Positions 18,673-29,362 of a stretch of 64,000 nucleotides of DNA are shown piece after piece; positions within the stretch are counted from its first letter, which is position 1, and every line of letters starts with the position of its first letter. This stretch comes from Candidatus Eiseniibacteriota bacterium. GTDB lineage: Bacteria; Eisenbacteria; RBG-16-71-46; JABDJR01. The DNA is taken from assembly GCA_963783375.1 (NCBI GenBank), contig CAWANH010000028.1, forward strand, positions 320,001 through 384,000, in the 5' to 3' direction. The notes under the pieces are model-generated. The model saw nothing but the letters and a program-made list of their open reading frames with translations. It was not told where the DNA came from and did no database searches. A program made the position numbers and the translations under genes.

Positions 18673-19461
18673 CTAGCTGGTGAGGCCCAGCAGAGCGCGA
18701 ATGTCCTTCTCGTAGACCTGCTTCGGGACGAGCCCGACGTACTTCTTGTAGATCTTGCCGTCCTGGCTGATCACGAACGCGGTGGGAATGCCCCGGATAC
18801 CGCCGAAGTCCTGGGTGATCTGGAGGTTCCCCATCACGATCGGATAAGCGATCTGCTGCTGGCTGACGAAGGGACGAACCACCGCCGGTCCCTGCTGGTC
18901 CAGGGAGATCCCGACCACGGCCAGTCCCTGATCCTTGTATTCCGCATAGAGGTCCTTCAGGTGCGGAATGCTCATGCGGCAGGGGCCACACCAGGTGGCC
19001 CAGAAGTCGAGGAGCACCACCTGTCCCCTGAAGTCGGCCAGGGCGACCTGGTTCCCCTCCAGGTCGGGGAGCTGCCAGCCCGGCGCGTCCTGGAGCTGGC
19101 TCGTGTCCACGGCGGGCTTGGTGTGCTTGCCGGTCGCCCCCGCGCGCTGGCGGGCCTCCGCCTCGGCCATCTCCTGATCCGCCGATGCGGTCTTGATCGG
19201 GGGGGTTGCGGTTTCCGCCGCCGGCTTTGCGCTCGCCGGGCTTTCCTGGAGGGCGACTTCCTGGCCCTGTTCCTTGGGAGACTGGGCCCCGGCCGTGGCG
19301 GCCGGACCCGGTGCGGGAGAGGTCTGGATCTCGGTCTCGGCCACGGCGGCGCCGTCATCCGACCCGGCGGATTTCACCGCCCGCCCGTTGCCGCCCCCGT
19401 CGTTCGCGCACCCGGCGGCGCCGAGGACGAGGATCGCGGTCAGGAAAAGCTTTTGAAACAT
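18673..19461 (-). CDS. TlpA/ResA-family thiol-disulfide oxidoreductase lipoprotein
   Basis: Lipobox AAGC; LLDFWATWCGPC; GIPT cis-Pro loop. Confidence 0.92.
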   Translation of the reverse strand: MFQKLFLTAILVLGAAGCANDGGGNGRAVKSAGSDDGAAVAETEIQTSPAPGPAATAGAQSPKEQGQEVALQESPASAKPAAETATPPIKTASADQEMAEAEARQRAGATGKHTKPAVDTSQLQDAPGWQLPDLEGNQVALADFRGQVVLLDFWATWCGPCRMSIPHLKDLYAEYKDQGLAVVGISLDQQGPAVVRPFVSQQQIAYPIVMGNLQITQDFGGIRGIPTAFVISQDGKIYKKYVGLVPKQVYEKDIRALLGLTS

Positions 19462-19557
19462 CGTTCCTCCGTTGTCTTGGGACCCTGGCCTGGACCGGGG
19501 GCCCGATCCCAGATCATACCATTTGTGTCGACTTTTTCGGCCGCGGCGGGGGTCATC

Positions 19558-21480
19558 CTACCGGGGTGTCCCCCTGGCTTCGTTGACCGCCCGCAGAACC
19601 TCATCGGCGGTGTAGAAATCGCTCTTGAACACTTCCCGCCCGTCGGGGGCGTAGACCACGAGAAGCGGGATGGTGAGCCGCCCCACCTCCTTGAGCTTGG
19701 CTTTACCCGGTGGGTTGTTGCCGGTGATGTCCACCTTGATCGGGACCACGTCCCCGTCCGAGAACAGGGACGTCACCTTGGAGCCGTTCAACACCCCGTG
19801 CTCCAGGCTCTTGCAGTTCAGGCACCACTCGGCGGTGAAATCCATCACCACCACCTTGCCGTCCCGGATGGCCCGGTCGAACCGCTCGGGGGTGTAGTGG
19901 ACCCACGGAATCGGCCCCTCGTTGGTGAGACGGGCCGCTCCGAAGGCGGAGCCGGCCAGGAGCAGCACCCCCAGCCCCGCGAACCCGATGCGTTTCGCCG
20001 GCCCCGAAGCGATCCGGATCGTGCGAACCGCGAGCCACCCCCCCGCCGCGGCCACGAAGAGCATGACCGCCCACCAGTAGAGACGGCTGGGCGGATCGGG
20101 AGGCGTGTTGAGGATCGCGCTCAAACCCACCCCGACAAAGTAAGCCGCGGCCGCCAGCATGAGGAGCCCCATCACCTGCTTGATGAGCTCGCTGGCCGGC
20201 CCGCTCCGGGGCATCCGCTTCACCAGGGCGGGGGAGGCCGAGAGCGCGAGGTAGGGCAAGGCCATCCCGGCTCCGATGGCGGCGAAAGTGACGAGGGTGG
20301 TCCCGGCGCTCTGGGTCGCCGCCCACGCCGCCGCCGCCCCCATGAAGGGGGCGGTGCAGGGCGTGGAGAGAACCGCGGTCATGATCCCGAAGCCGAAGGA
20401 TCCGTGGAGGCTCTCCTGGCCGGGGTTCATGGCGTAGACGAAGTTCGGTAGCCGGATCACGAACACGCCGGTCATGGCCACGGCCATGAAGGCGATGACC
20501 AGCCCGACCCCGATGGTGAACGCCGGGTACTGGAAGAGCTGGTTGGTGGCGGTGAAGGAGCTCGCCGCGGCGATCAGTCCCCCCAGCCCCAGCCAGAATC
20601 CCACCACCCCCAGAGACATGGCGACGCCCAGGGTGAGCATGCGGCCACGGCTCCCGGCCACGTTGGACAGGCTGATGATCTTGATGGGGATGACCGGCAG
20701 GACGCAGGGGGTGAAGTTCAGGAGCATCCCCCCCACCAGGGCCACCACCAGGAGCAGCAGGAACCCCAGGCCCGAGCCCGCATTGACCGAGAAGCTCCAC
20801 CCGAACAGATCGAACTTCACCGGACCCCCGCCGCCGCCGGAAGGCGCGTCGGTGAACCCGGCGAAGAGCGCCTGGTTGGCCGGCTGCACGGGAACATCGT
20901 CCCCGGCCACGAAGAGGGTGTCGTCGAAGGTCTCGGTGCGGGGCGGGAGGCATACGGTGGCGTCGCAGGCCTGGTACTCGACTTCGAGGCTCACGTGGAG
21001 GGGTCCGGGGCGCGCGCTTTCCGCCACCTTCATCGGCAGGTAGAAGACCTGCCGCCCGCTGAAGGCGTGGAGATCCCCGTCGGCGTACTCCACGTGCACC
21101 GGCTCCGGCTCGGGGAATCGCACCGTCTCCAGGCCCAAGGCGTCGGAGGCGCCGGTGATCCGGACGCTGGTGGGCCACGGCGCAAAGTCTCCCACCGGCA
21201 CGACCTGGGCCGCGTCGGGATTGATGTGATAGCCGGGTTCCATGTCCACCACGATGGCCAGGACCGGGCGGTCTCCGGCCGCCGCGCCGTCGACCGACCA
21301 CGCGGTCCAGACGTGGACCGGCGGAGCCGAGGAGATCCCGCCCCCACCCAGGAGTGAATCGTCCTGGGGAAGAATCGCGAACGCGGCGGGGACCGCGCCG
21401 AGGAGAGCCAGAATCACCACCACAAGGGCCACGCGCCCCATGCCCGCGCGGGTCCGCTTTCTCTCTGCCCTGGATTCCAT
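19558..21480 (-). CDS. dsbD: DsbD-family protein-disulfide reductase (alpha, beta and gamma domains)
   Basis: YQACDATVCLPP; NFTPCVLPVIP and STPCTAP; DFTAEWCLNC. Start uncertain (21480 or 21441). Confidence 0.9.
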   Translation of the reverse strand: MESRAERKRTRAGMGRVALVVVILALLGAVPAAFAILPQDDSLLGGGGISSAPPVHVWTAWSVDGAAAGDRPVLAIVVDMEPGYHINPDAAQVVPVGDFAPWPTSVRITGASDALGLETVRFPEPEPVHVEYADGDLHAFSGRQVFYLPMKVAESARPGPLHVSLEVEYQACDATVCLPPRTETFDDTLFVAGDDVPVQPANQALFAGFTDAPSGGGGGPVKFDLFGWSFSVNAGSGLGFLLLLVVALVGGMLLNFTPCVLPVIPIKIISLSNVAGSRGRMLTLGVAMSLGVVGFWLGLGGLIAAASSFTATNQLFQYPAFTIGVGLVIAFMAVAMTGVFVIRLPNFVYAMNPGQESLHGSFGFGIMTAVLSTPCTAPFMGAAAAWAATQSAGTTLVTFAAIGAGMALPYLALSASPALVKRMPRSGPASELIKQVMGLLMLAAAAYFVGVGLSAILNTPPDPPSRLYWWAVMLFVAAAGGWLAVRTIRIASGPAKRIGFAGLGVLLLAGSAFGAARLTNEGPIPWVHYTPERFDRAIRDGKVVVMDFTAEWCLNCKSLEHGVLNGSKVTSLFSDGDVVPIKVDITGNNPPGKAKLKEVGRLTIPLLVVYAPDGREVFKSDFYTADEVLRAVNEARGTPR

Positions 21481-21805
21481 GGCTGCGGTGTTCGCCCTTC
21501 CTGGTGGAGTGTCCGGTGGATGACGCGACGGCCGGCCGCCTCGACTCCCGGCGCTCCCTGGGGAGACGCACGGCCCGGAAAAAGGTGACAGGCGGCCCGG
21601 TCGCGGCCGGAAATCGGGCGGCCATCCCGGGGGGGCCGCTCCGCGGCCCATCCCCGGCCGCCCTTCGCGTGAACCCGATCCGGAGGAGACCGGTTCCTGG
21701 ACGGGCTGATATCTTATACTCCGAACCGGGTCCCGGATTCCGGTAAGTTCGCTCAATCAGGCTGGAGTCAATACGTTAGCCGAGCGGAAAGGGCGGTTTG
21801 ACCCC

Positions 21806-22324
21806 ATGAAGAAGCTCTCGCACCTGGATCCCAAGGGCCGGGCCCGCATGGTGGACGTGGGCCCCAAGCCGGTCACCGCCCGCCGCGCGGTGGCCTCGGG
21901 CCTGGTGGCCATGAACGCGGAGACGATCGCCCTGATCACCGAGGGCCGGCTCCCCAAGGGAGACGCCCTCGCGGTGGCTCGGATCGCCGGGATCCAGGGC
22001 GCCAAGCAGACCGCCGCCCTCATCCCCCTCTGCCACCCCCTCCCCCTCGACCAGGTCCGGGTGGAGGCGCGCCCCGAGCCCCGGGGGCTCCGGCTCTTTG
22101 CCGAAGCCCGGACCCAGGCCCGGACCGGGGTCGAGATGGAGGCCTTGACCGCGGTGGCGGTGGCCGGGCTGGCGCTCATCGACATGGTGAAGGGGGTGGA
22201 CCGGGGGACGACCCTGAACGAGGTGCGGCTCGAGCTCAAGGAGGGGGGAAAGAGCGGCCGGTGGTCGCGCGAGGGGTACGAGGACGTGTTCGCCGAGGCC
22301 TCGAACGGGGAAGCCGGCCGATGA
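21806..22324 (+). CDS. moaC: Cyclic pyranopterin monophosphate synthase
   Basis: LSHLD...[28 protein letters not shown] and GGKSG. Confidence 0.96.
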   Translation: MKKLSHLDPKGRARMVDVGPKPVTARRAVASGLVAMNAETIALITEGRLPKGDALAVARIAGIQGAKQTAALIPLCHPLPLDQVRVEARPEPRGLRLFAEARTQARTGVEMEALTAVAVAGLALIDMVKGVDRGTTLNEVRLELKEGGKSGRWSREGYEDVFAEASNGEAGR

Positions 22325-22863
22325 GCGTGCCCGAGCCGCCCTCCCCCATCCGCGCCGTCGTGCTCACCGTCTCCGACCGCGTGGCCGCGGGAAGCCACCG
22401 GGACGAGAGCGGCCCCGAGGCCGAGCGGATCCTCCAATCCTGGGGCGCGGACGTCGTCGAGCGCGCGGCGCTCCCCGACGAAGCGGACCGGGTGGCCGAC
22501 GCCCTCCGCCGGCTCGCCGATCGGGACGGGGTGGAGCTGGTGATCACCACCGGAGGCACCGGCTTCGCCCCCCGGGACGTGACTCCGGAGGCCACCCGAT
22601 CGGTGATCGAGCGCGAGGCGCCCGGGCTGTCCGAGCTCCTCCGGCGGGAAACCGCGGCGAACACCCCCTTCGCCGCCCTGAGCCGCGGGGTGGCGGGGAT
22701 CCGCGGGGCGACCCTGATCGTGAACCTGCCCGGCAGCCCCAGGGCGGTGGCCGAGTGCCTGGAGGCGCTGAAGCCGGTGCTCCCCCACGCGCTCCGGCTC
22801 CTTCGGGGGGAGAAGGCCGGCCACCCGGGGTGGCCCGGCGCGGTCGGACCCGCCGATTCCTGA
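22321..22863 (+). CDS. mog: Molybdopterin adenylyltransferase (MogA/MoaB family)
   Basis: [30 protein letters not shown] and NLPGSP; ATGA overlap with moaC. Confidence 0.92.
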   Translation: MSVPEPPSPIRAVVLTVSDRVAAGSHRDESGPEAERILQSWGADVVERAALPDEADRVADALRRLADRDGVELVITTGGTGFAPRDVTPEATRSVIEREAPGLSELLRRETAANTPFAALSRGVAGIRGATLIVNLPGSPRAVAECLEALKPVLPHALRLLRGEKAGHPGWPGAVGPADS

Positions 22864-22908
22864 GCCCTTCCGGGCCCGGCAGCCGGTAGAGACACGGGGA
22901 GGAAGTTC

Positions 22909-24174
22909 ATGAGCCGACATCTGGACTGGAAGGAAGCGCGGGCGCGGGTGGTGGACGGGTTGAGCCCGCTCCCCCCGGTGGCGGTCCCCACCGCCAACTC
23001 CCGTGGGTTGGCCCTGGCCATCGCCGTCCTCGCTCCCGAGTCGATGCCCCCCTTCGACAACTCGGGGATGGACGGCTTCGCGGTGCGGGGGGAAGACGTC
23101 GCCGAGGCCTCGGAGTCCGTTCCACGGCGGTTGGAGGTGCTGGGGAGCCTGCCCGCCGGATCCGCGGAGCGATTCCGGGTGGGGCCCGGCCAGGCGGTTC
23201 GCATCATGACCGGCGCGCCCATCCCCGAGGGGGCCGACGCGGTGGTGCCGGTGGAGGCCACCAACTTCTGGGACGAGGCGGCGGAGCGGGGCCGCCTCCC
23301 CTCCGGCCCCGACGAGGCGAAGGCGGTGCGGGTGCGCGCCCCGATTCCTCCCGGCGGAAACGTGCGCCGCGCCGGGAAGAGCGTGCGGAGGGGAGAGACG
23401 TTTCTCGAGCCGGGACAGCGGCTGGGAGGGCCGGAGATGGCGCTCCTTCTCTCGGTAGGGGTGCGCGAGGTCCGGGTCCATCCCCGTCCGGTGGTGGGGG
23501 TGCTCTCCACCGGCGACGAGCTGGTATCCCCCGAGGCCGATCCCGGACCGGGGCAGATCCGCGACTCGAACCGGGTGGGCATTCTCGGCGCGCTCGCCGA
23601 TCACGGCTTCCCCACCGTGGATCTGGGGCTGGTCGGGGACGACGAGGAGGCGCTCACCCGGGCGATCCTCGAGGGCGCGGAGCGCGTGGACTTTCTCCTC
23701 ACCACCGGCGGGGTGAGCGTGGGCGACTACGACCTCACCCGGCGGGTCCTGGACCGCGTGGGCGACGTCGAGGCCTACCGGGTGGCGGTGAAGCCGGGAA
23801 AGCCCCAGCTCTTCGGCCGGGTGGGGCCGACCCCGGTGTTCGGCCTCCCCGGAAATCCGGTCTCCTCCCTGGTGGTGCTCGATCAGTTCGTGCTGCCGGG
23901 GCTCAGGAAGCTGGCCGGGAGGGCGGATCTCTACCGCCCGTTCTTCATCGCCCGCCTCGCCGAGACGGTGAAGCGGCGCCCGGGGCGGACCGAATTCCTG
24001 CGGGTCCGCCTGGAGGCCGAAAACGGGGAATGGATCGCGGGCAGCACGGGACCCCAGGGTTCAGGTATCCTCACCTCGATGACCCGGGCCAACGGCTACG
24101 CGCTGCTTCCCCCCGAGGCGGAGACGCTCCCCGCCGGGACCCAGGTCCTCTGTCAGCTCATGTCCCGGGACTAG
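22909..24174 (+). CDS. moeA: Molybdopterin molybdotransferase
   Basis: PPFDNSGMDGFAV, IMTGAPIP, STGDEL, GGVSVGDYD, KPGKP and GLPGNPVS. Confidence 0.96.
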   Translation: MSRHLDWKEARARVVDGLSPLPPVAVPTANSRGLALAIAVLAPESMPPFDNSGMDGFAVRGEDVAEASESVPRRLEVLGSLPAGSAERFRVGPGQAVRIMTGAPIPEGADAVVPVEATNFWDEAAERGRLPSGPDEAKAVRVRAPIPPGGNVRRAGKSVRRGETFLEPGQRLGGPEMALLLSVGVREVRVHPRPVVGVLSTGDELVSPEADPGPGQIRDSNRVGILGALADHGFPTVDLGLVGDDEEALTRAILEGAERVDFLLTTGGVSVGDYDLTRRVLDRVGDVEAYRVAVKPGKPQLFGRVGPTPVFGLPGNPVSSLVVLDQFVLPGLRKLAGRADLYRPFFIARLAETVKRRPGRTEFLRVRLEAENGEWIAGSTGPQGSGILTSMTRANGYALLPPEAETLPAGTQVLCQLMSRD

Positions 24175-24237
24175 CGGGATCTGGGGAACCCCCCCCTTCG
24201 ACCGGCTGACCGCGCCCTTTTCGTGGCAAAGGGAGAC

Positions 24238-26763
24238 ATGACGGTGAAGATCACACGACCGGCGACCCTGGCCTCGTCCCTGATTCTCCTGCTCCTGGGA
24301 GGTGCGGGGTCGCCTCCCAACACCCTGTCCCCCTACGTGCGGATGGCGGTACGGAACCTGGCCGAGATCCAGGCCGCGCGCCCCGGCGCCGCCACCGCCC
24401 TCTCCCCGCTCTTCCGCGCGGCGGTGGTGAACCCCCCGGCTCCCGGGGCGGTCGCTCCCGCGACCCCGGGGGCGCAAACGGAGTTCCGATTGCTGGTCAC
24501 CACCGACCGGGCCTCGGAGCTGCGCGGCGGCGGGATTCACCGTGGGCACGGTGGCCGGGGACGTGGCCACCGTCACCGCCCCCCTATCCCGGATCGACGA
24601 GCTGGGGAAGTTACCCGGGGTCCGCCGGGTGGAGCTGGGGCTCCCGCTGAAGCCGCTCCTGAATCTGAGCGCGGCGGAGATCCGCGCGGTCGAGGCCCAT
24701 GGGAGCGCCAAGCCTCCCTATCCGGTCGGGGGAGCCACCGGAAAGGGCGCGGTGATCGGGATCATCGACACCGGGATCGACCTCACCCACCCCGACTTCA
24801 AGAACGACGACGGAACCACCCGGGTGAAGGCGCTGTGGGACCAGAACGACTCCGGCGGTCCCCGGCCCGACGGATACAACTACGGGACGGAGTGGTCCGA
24901 GGCGGCGATCAACGCCGGTCCCACCCGGGAAAGGGACGACGTGGGCCACGGCACCCACGTGGCGGGCATCGCGGCGGGGAACGGTCGCGCCTCCAACAAC
25001 GTGGCCACCCGGTACACCTACGTGGGAATCGCCCCGGAGGCGGACATCCTGGTGGTCAACAGCCGCTTCGACACCCCCTCGGTGGTGGATGCCGCCAACT
25101 GGATCTTCAACCGCGCCGCCGCCATGGGGGAACCCGCGGTGGTCAACCTCTCCCTGGGAGCCCAGTACGGAGGTCATGACGGAACCTACGATCTGGACCG
25201 CGCCCTGGCCGCGCTCTCGGGTCCGGGGAGGATCGTGGTGGCCGCGGCCGGGAACGAGGGAGGAACCGGCATCCATGCCAAGGCCGTGATCCCGGCGGGC
25301 GGTACCGTCCAGGTCCCCTTCTCGATCGGGAACTACACGCCCGGTCCCGTCGCGAACGACGATCAGGTCTACACCGAGGCCTGGTTCCCCACCGCCAACC
25401 TGACCTTCAAGATGACCAGCCCGAGGAACCATTCGGTGGGGCCGGTGGGGCCCAACAGCGAAGCCGGACTGAACACCGAGGACGGACTCGTCTACGTCCA
25501 GAACGGGACCTCGTCCGAGGCGCCGACCCGCTACTGCTACCTGGACATCCGGGATCAGTCGGCGACGAGTCCCCCCGCGCCGGAATCTGGACGGTGGAGG
25601 TCAGGAACAACGGCGTATCGGCGGTCACGGTGGACTTCTGGATCCCCTACACCACGCTGGACTTCTCCGCCGGGCAGACCGCGGCCTGGACCACCTATGT
25701 CGAGAACACCACCCTGGTCGGCTCCCCGGCCAGCTCGGACTCGGTGATCGCGGTGGGCGCTTACGTCACCAAGACCCAGTGGGCGTCCGCGGACGGCCAC
25801 ACCTACGAGTACACTTCCGCGCCCGCTCTGGGGAGCGCTCCGTCCTGGAGCAGCCCCGGCCCGAGGCGGGACGGGGTATTGAAACCCGAGATCGCCGCCC
25901 CGGGCATGGGCATCGTCTCCGCCCGCTCCGCCACCGCAGTGGGGGAGTTCTCCGAACCGGTGCTCATCGCCACCGACGGGTTGCACGTGATCAGCCAGGG
26001 GACGAGCCAGGCCTCGCCCCATGTGGCCGGGGTCATCGCCCTGATCCTCCAGAAGCACCCGGCCGATGCCCGGCGCGAGATCCTGGGCCGGCTCGAGCAC
26101 TCCGCCCGCGCCGATGCCCTGACCGGGACCGTGCCCAACACGCTCTACGGTTACGGCAAGCTGGACGCCAAGAACGCCCTGGACGCTCCGGTGCCGGTGG
26201 AGCTGGCCGCCCTGGAGGCGACGTGGTCCGGCGGTTTTCCGGTCATCCGCTGGACCCTGGCCGAGGCGGATCCGAACGCCCGCTTCGTGGTGAAGCGGGG
26301 GTCGGGGGAACTCGGGCCCTTCAAGGCGGTGAGCGAGCCCGACCAGATCACCACCGAAGGTGAATCGACGTTCAGCTGGACCGATCCCGAGCCGGTTGCG
26401 GCCGAGTCATGGTATCTGGTGGAGGCCAGAGGGAGCGCCGGAACAGCCGATACCTACGGTCCGATACGGGTCACACCCCTGTCCGCGCGCACCGTTCTCT
26501 GGCAGAATGCCCCGAACCCCTTCGGGAGTTCCACCACGCTGGCGTTCGCCCTGGAGCGGGCCCAGACCGCCACGCTGGAAATTCTCGACCTGAACGGGAG
26601 GCGGGTGGCCGTGGCCGCTTCGGGCTTCCTCGCTCAGGGGCGCCACGAGATGACCTGGAACGGAAACGACTCCAACCACCGGCCGGTGGCCGCGGGCATC
26701 TACTTCTACCGGCTGATCACCGAGGATGCGACGTACACCCGCCGGATGGTGCTGATGCACTGA
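24238..26763 (+). CDS. Secreted S8 subtilisin-like serine protease with a C-terminal FlgD-Ig domain; two frameshifts (about 24530 and 25583)
   Basis: Catalytic motifs IDTGID, HGTHVAGIAAG, AAGNEG and GTSQASPHVAG; pieces lie in three ORFs; PVEL linker; QNAPNPF...WNG...GIYFYRL. Confidence 0.88.
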
Positions 26764-26805
26764 ATAACGGCCCACCTGAGGTCGGGATAAGGACCACAAA
26801 CGGCT

Positions 26806-28341
26806 TTGAACGCCTCGACTCCGACCTGGGTCATCGCTTTTCTCGGGATGTACTTCGCGATCGCCCTGGTTCTGTTCCTCTACGGGATGCACGCCTATCT
26901 CATGGCCTGGCTCTACCGCCGCTCCATGCGGGACGCTCCGGCGCCCCCCGAGTGCGGGAGCCTTCCCACGGTCACGGTCCAGCTCCCCATCTATAACGAA
27001 CGCTACGTGGTGGAGCGTTTGCTCGACGCGGTGGCGGCGATGGATTATCCCCGGGAGAAACTCCAGGTCCAGGTCCTCGACGACTCCACCGACGACACGG
27101 TGGAGCGGGTCGAGGAGCTGGTCCGGATCTGGAAGGAGCAGGGCCTTGACGTCGTCCATCGGCACCGATCGGTGCGGACGGGGTACAAGGGCGGGGCGCT
27201 CCGCGAGGGCCTGGCCGAGGCCAAGGGTGAGCTGGTGGCGGTGTTCGACGCCGATTTCGTTCCCCCGCCGGATTTCCTGGCCGCGTGCGTCCCCTGGTTC
27301 GGCGATCCCGGCCTGGGCATGGTCCAGACCCGCTGGACCCACCTGAACGAAGCCTATTCGATTCTCACCCGGGCCCAGGCCGTCGCCCTGGACGGCCACT
27401 TCCTGATCGAACACACGGTGCGGAACCGGAACGGGGCCTTCATCAACTTCAACGGCACCGGGGGGGTGTGGCGGAAGCAGGCGATCCTCGACGCCGGCAA
27501 CTGGCAGGACGACACGCTGACCGAGGACCTCGATCTGTCCTACCGGGCCCAGCTCGCCGGATGGCGGTTCCTGTTCCTTCCCGAGGTGCTGTGTCCGGCC
27601 GAGCTTCCCGCCGAGGTGAACGGGCTCAAGGGACAGCAGTTCCGTTGGGCCAAGGGTTCGGTGCAGAGCGCGCGAAAGCTCCTGGGCAGGATCATGCGCG
27701 CGCCCCTCCCCCGCTTCACCCGCTTCCAGGCCTTCATCCATCTCACCAGCCACTTCGTCTATCCCCTGCTCCTCCTCCTGGGGCTCTCCGGGCTCCCCGC
27801 GCTCATGATTCTCGACCGGCACCCCGAGACCGGGTGGGCGTTCAAGTGGGCGACGGTGCTGGTGATCGCCTCCTTCGGCCATCCCTGGCTCTATTTCGTG
27901 GCCGAGCGCGCGCGGGGAAAATCCTGGGGAGAGAGCCTGGCCATGCTGCCGGTGGTGGTGGCCGGGAACATGGGGATCGCCATCAACAACACCCGAGCCC
28001 TGGTCGAGGCCCTGATCGGCCGGCCGAGCGCATTCAACCGCACCCCCAAGTACGCGCTCCGCACGCGTTCCGATCACTGGCGCGGCAAGCGCTACCGGGT
28101 GGCGGCGACCGCCTGGCCCTGGGTGGAACTCTCCCTGTCCGCCTACGCGACGGCCGTGGTGATCTACGCCCTGGCTCACGGGCATTACCTGGCGGTGCCG
28201 TTCCTCCTTCTATACGTGTTCGGCGCGGGCTACATCGGGGGGATATCCATCCTGAACGGCTGGCGGACCGGGTTGGAGGCGCGCCGCGCCCGCCGTTTCC
28301 ACCCCTTGACCGGGGCCGCGGCTCCGGGGAGTACACGATGA
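26806..28341 (+). CDS. Cellulose-synthase-like (CesA/Csl) GT2 glycosyltransferase
   Basis: QLPIYNE, LDDSTD, KGGAL, FDADF, TEDLD and QQFRW (QxxRW) plus C-terminal TM helices. Confidence 0.92.
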   Translation: MNASTPTWVIAFLGMYFAIALVLFLYGMHAYLMAWLYRRSMRDAPAPPECGSLPTVTVQLPIYNERYVVERLLDAVAAMDYPREKLQVQVLDDSTDDTVERVEELVRIWKEQGLDVVHRHRSVRTGYKGGALREGLAEAKGELVAVFDADFVPPPDFLAACVPWFGDPGLGMVQTRWTHLNEAYSILTRAQAVALDGHFLIEHTVRNRNGAFINFNGTGGVWRKQAILDAGNWQDDTLTEDLDLSYRAQLAGWRFLFLPEVLCPAELPAEVNGLKGQQFRWAKGSVQSARKLLGRIMRAPLPRFTRFQAFIHLTSHFVYPLLLLLGLSGLPALMILDRHPETGWAFKWATVLVIASFGHPWLYFVAERARGKSWGESLAMLPVVVAGNMGIAINNTRALVEALIGRPSAFNRTPKYALRTRSDHWRGKRYRVAATAWPWVELSLSAYATAVVIYALAHGHYLAVPFLLLYVFGAGYIGGISILNGWRTGLEARRARRFHPLTGAAAPGSTR

Positions 28342-28829
28342 AACTCGATGGACAGGAACTTCACCTGATCGTGAATCACGTGCCGGTGATCGGCGCGCTC
28401 TGGGTCCTTCTCCTCGGGCTCGCCGCCTGGCTCAAGCCGACCCCGGTCCTCACCCGGACCGCGCTCCTCTTCACCGTGCTCCTGGGCATCTCCGTCGTAC
28501 CGGCGTTTCTCACCGGCGACGGGGCGGAGGAGGTCGTGGAGCACCTTCCCGGGGTCTCCGAACCGGCCATCGGCCGGCACGAGGAGATGGCGGACAAGGC
28601 CCTGTGGACCACGGTCGCCGCCGGGGTGATCGCCCTGATCACCCTGGGGCTCCGCAGGCGACAGCCACCGACGCGGCGCGCCATCCTTCCCACCCTCATC
28701 GTGCTCGCGGTGGCGGCGGGGATCCTCGCCTGGACCGCCCATCTCGGCGGGATGATCCATCGACCCGAGCTCCGCCAGGCCGCCGGCGCCGTCTCTCCCG
28801 AGGCCGGAGAGCCGGACGGAGGGAGCTAA
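28338..28829 (+). CDS. DUF2231-like membrane protein (putative heme-binding)
   Basis: HLIVNHVP...TG..AEE...HEE.A...TAHLGG.I; ATGA overlap with the GT2 gene. Confidence 0.7.
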   Translation: MKLDGQELHLIVNHVPVIGALWVLLLGLAAWLKPTPVLTRTALLFTVLLGISVVPAFLTGDGAEEVVEHLPGVSEPAIGRHEEMADKALWTTVAAGVIALITLGLRRRQPPTRRAILPTLIVLAVAAGILAWTAHLGGMIHRPELRQAAGAVSPEAGEPDGGS

Positions 28830-28831
28830 CG

Positions 28832-29224
28832 ATGCCCGATCCGGCCCATCCGATCATCGTCCTTCACGCCCGGAACGAGTTCGAAGCCCAGATGGCTCGG
28901 GACGTCCTGGAGTCGGCGATGATCCCCGTGCTTCACCTTCCGAGCCTGTCCACCGGGATCTTCGGCGTGCCGCAGACCACGCGGATCGCCGTTCCCGAGG
29001 ACTATGTGGACGATGCGATCGAGGCCCTGGGTGAGGCGGGCCTGAGCCCGAAGGTGGAGGACACGCCCCGGGGACTCGCCGCCTTCCGGGATACCGTCCA
29101 CGATCAGTTTCCACTGGGCCGGGGACCGGCCTCCCCGCGGGAGAGCGTGCTCAGCCGGGTGATCATCGCGGTGGCGGTGGCGGTGCTGGCGATCGCGGTC
29201 TACGCCGCCCTGCGCAGTCGGTAA
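28832..29224 (+). CDS. DUF2007-like putative signal-transducing protein with a C-terminal TM helix
   Basis: NEFEAQMARDVLESAMIP...IAVPEDYVDDAIEAL. Confidence 0.65.
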   Translation: MPDPAHPIIVLHARNEFEAQMARDVLESAMIPVLHLPSLSTGIFGVPQTTRIAVPEDYVDDAIEALGEAGLSPKVEDTPRGLAAFRDTVHDQFPLGRGPASPRESVLSRVIIAVAVAVLAIAVYAALRSR

Positions 29225-29362
29225 CCTTAGTAATTACAGCTAGTTAAGACCCAGTGGATTTTTCTTGCCGGATTTGTCTACAGCTGTAGTAGTATCCGGG
29301 TGCGGGCCGCTCGGCCCGTCCCCTCGTCCGAAAACACCTGCCGATCCGAGCAGGAGGACAAC

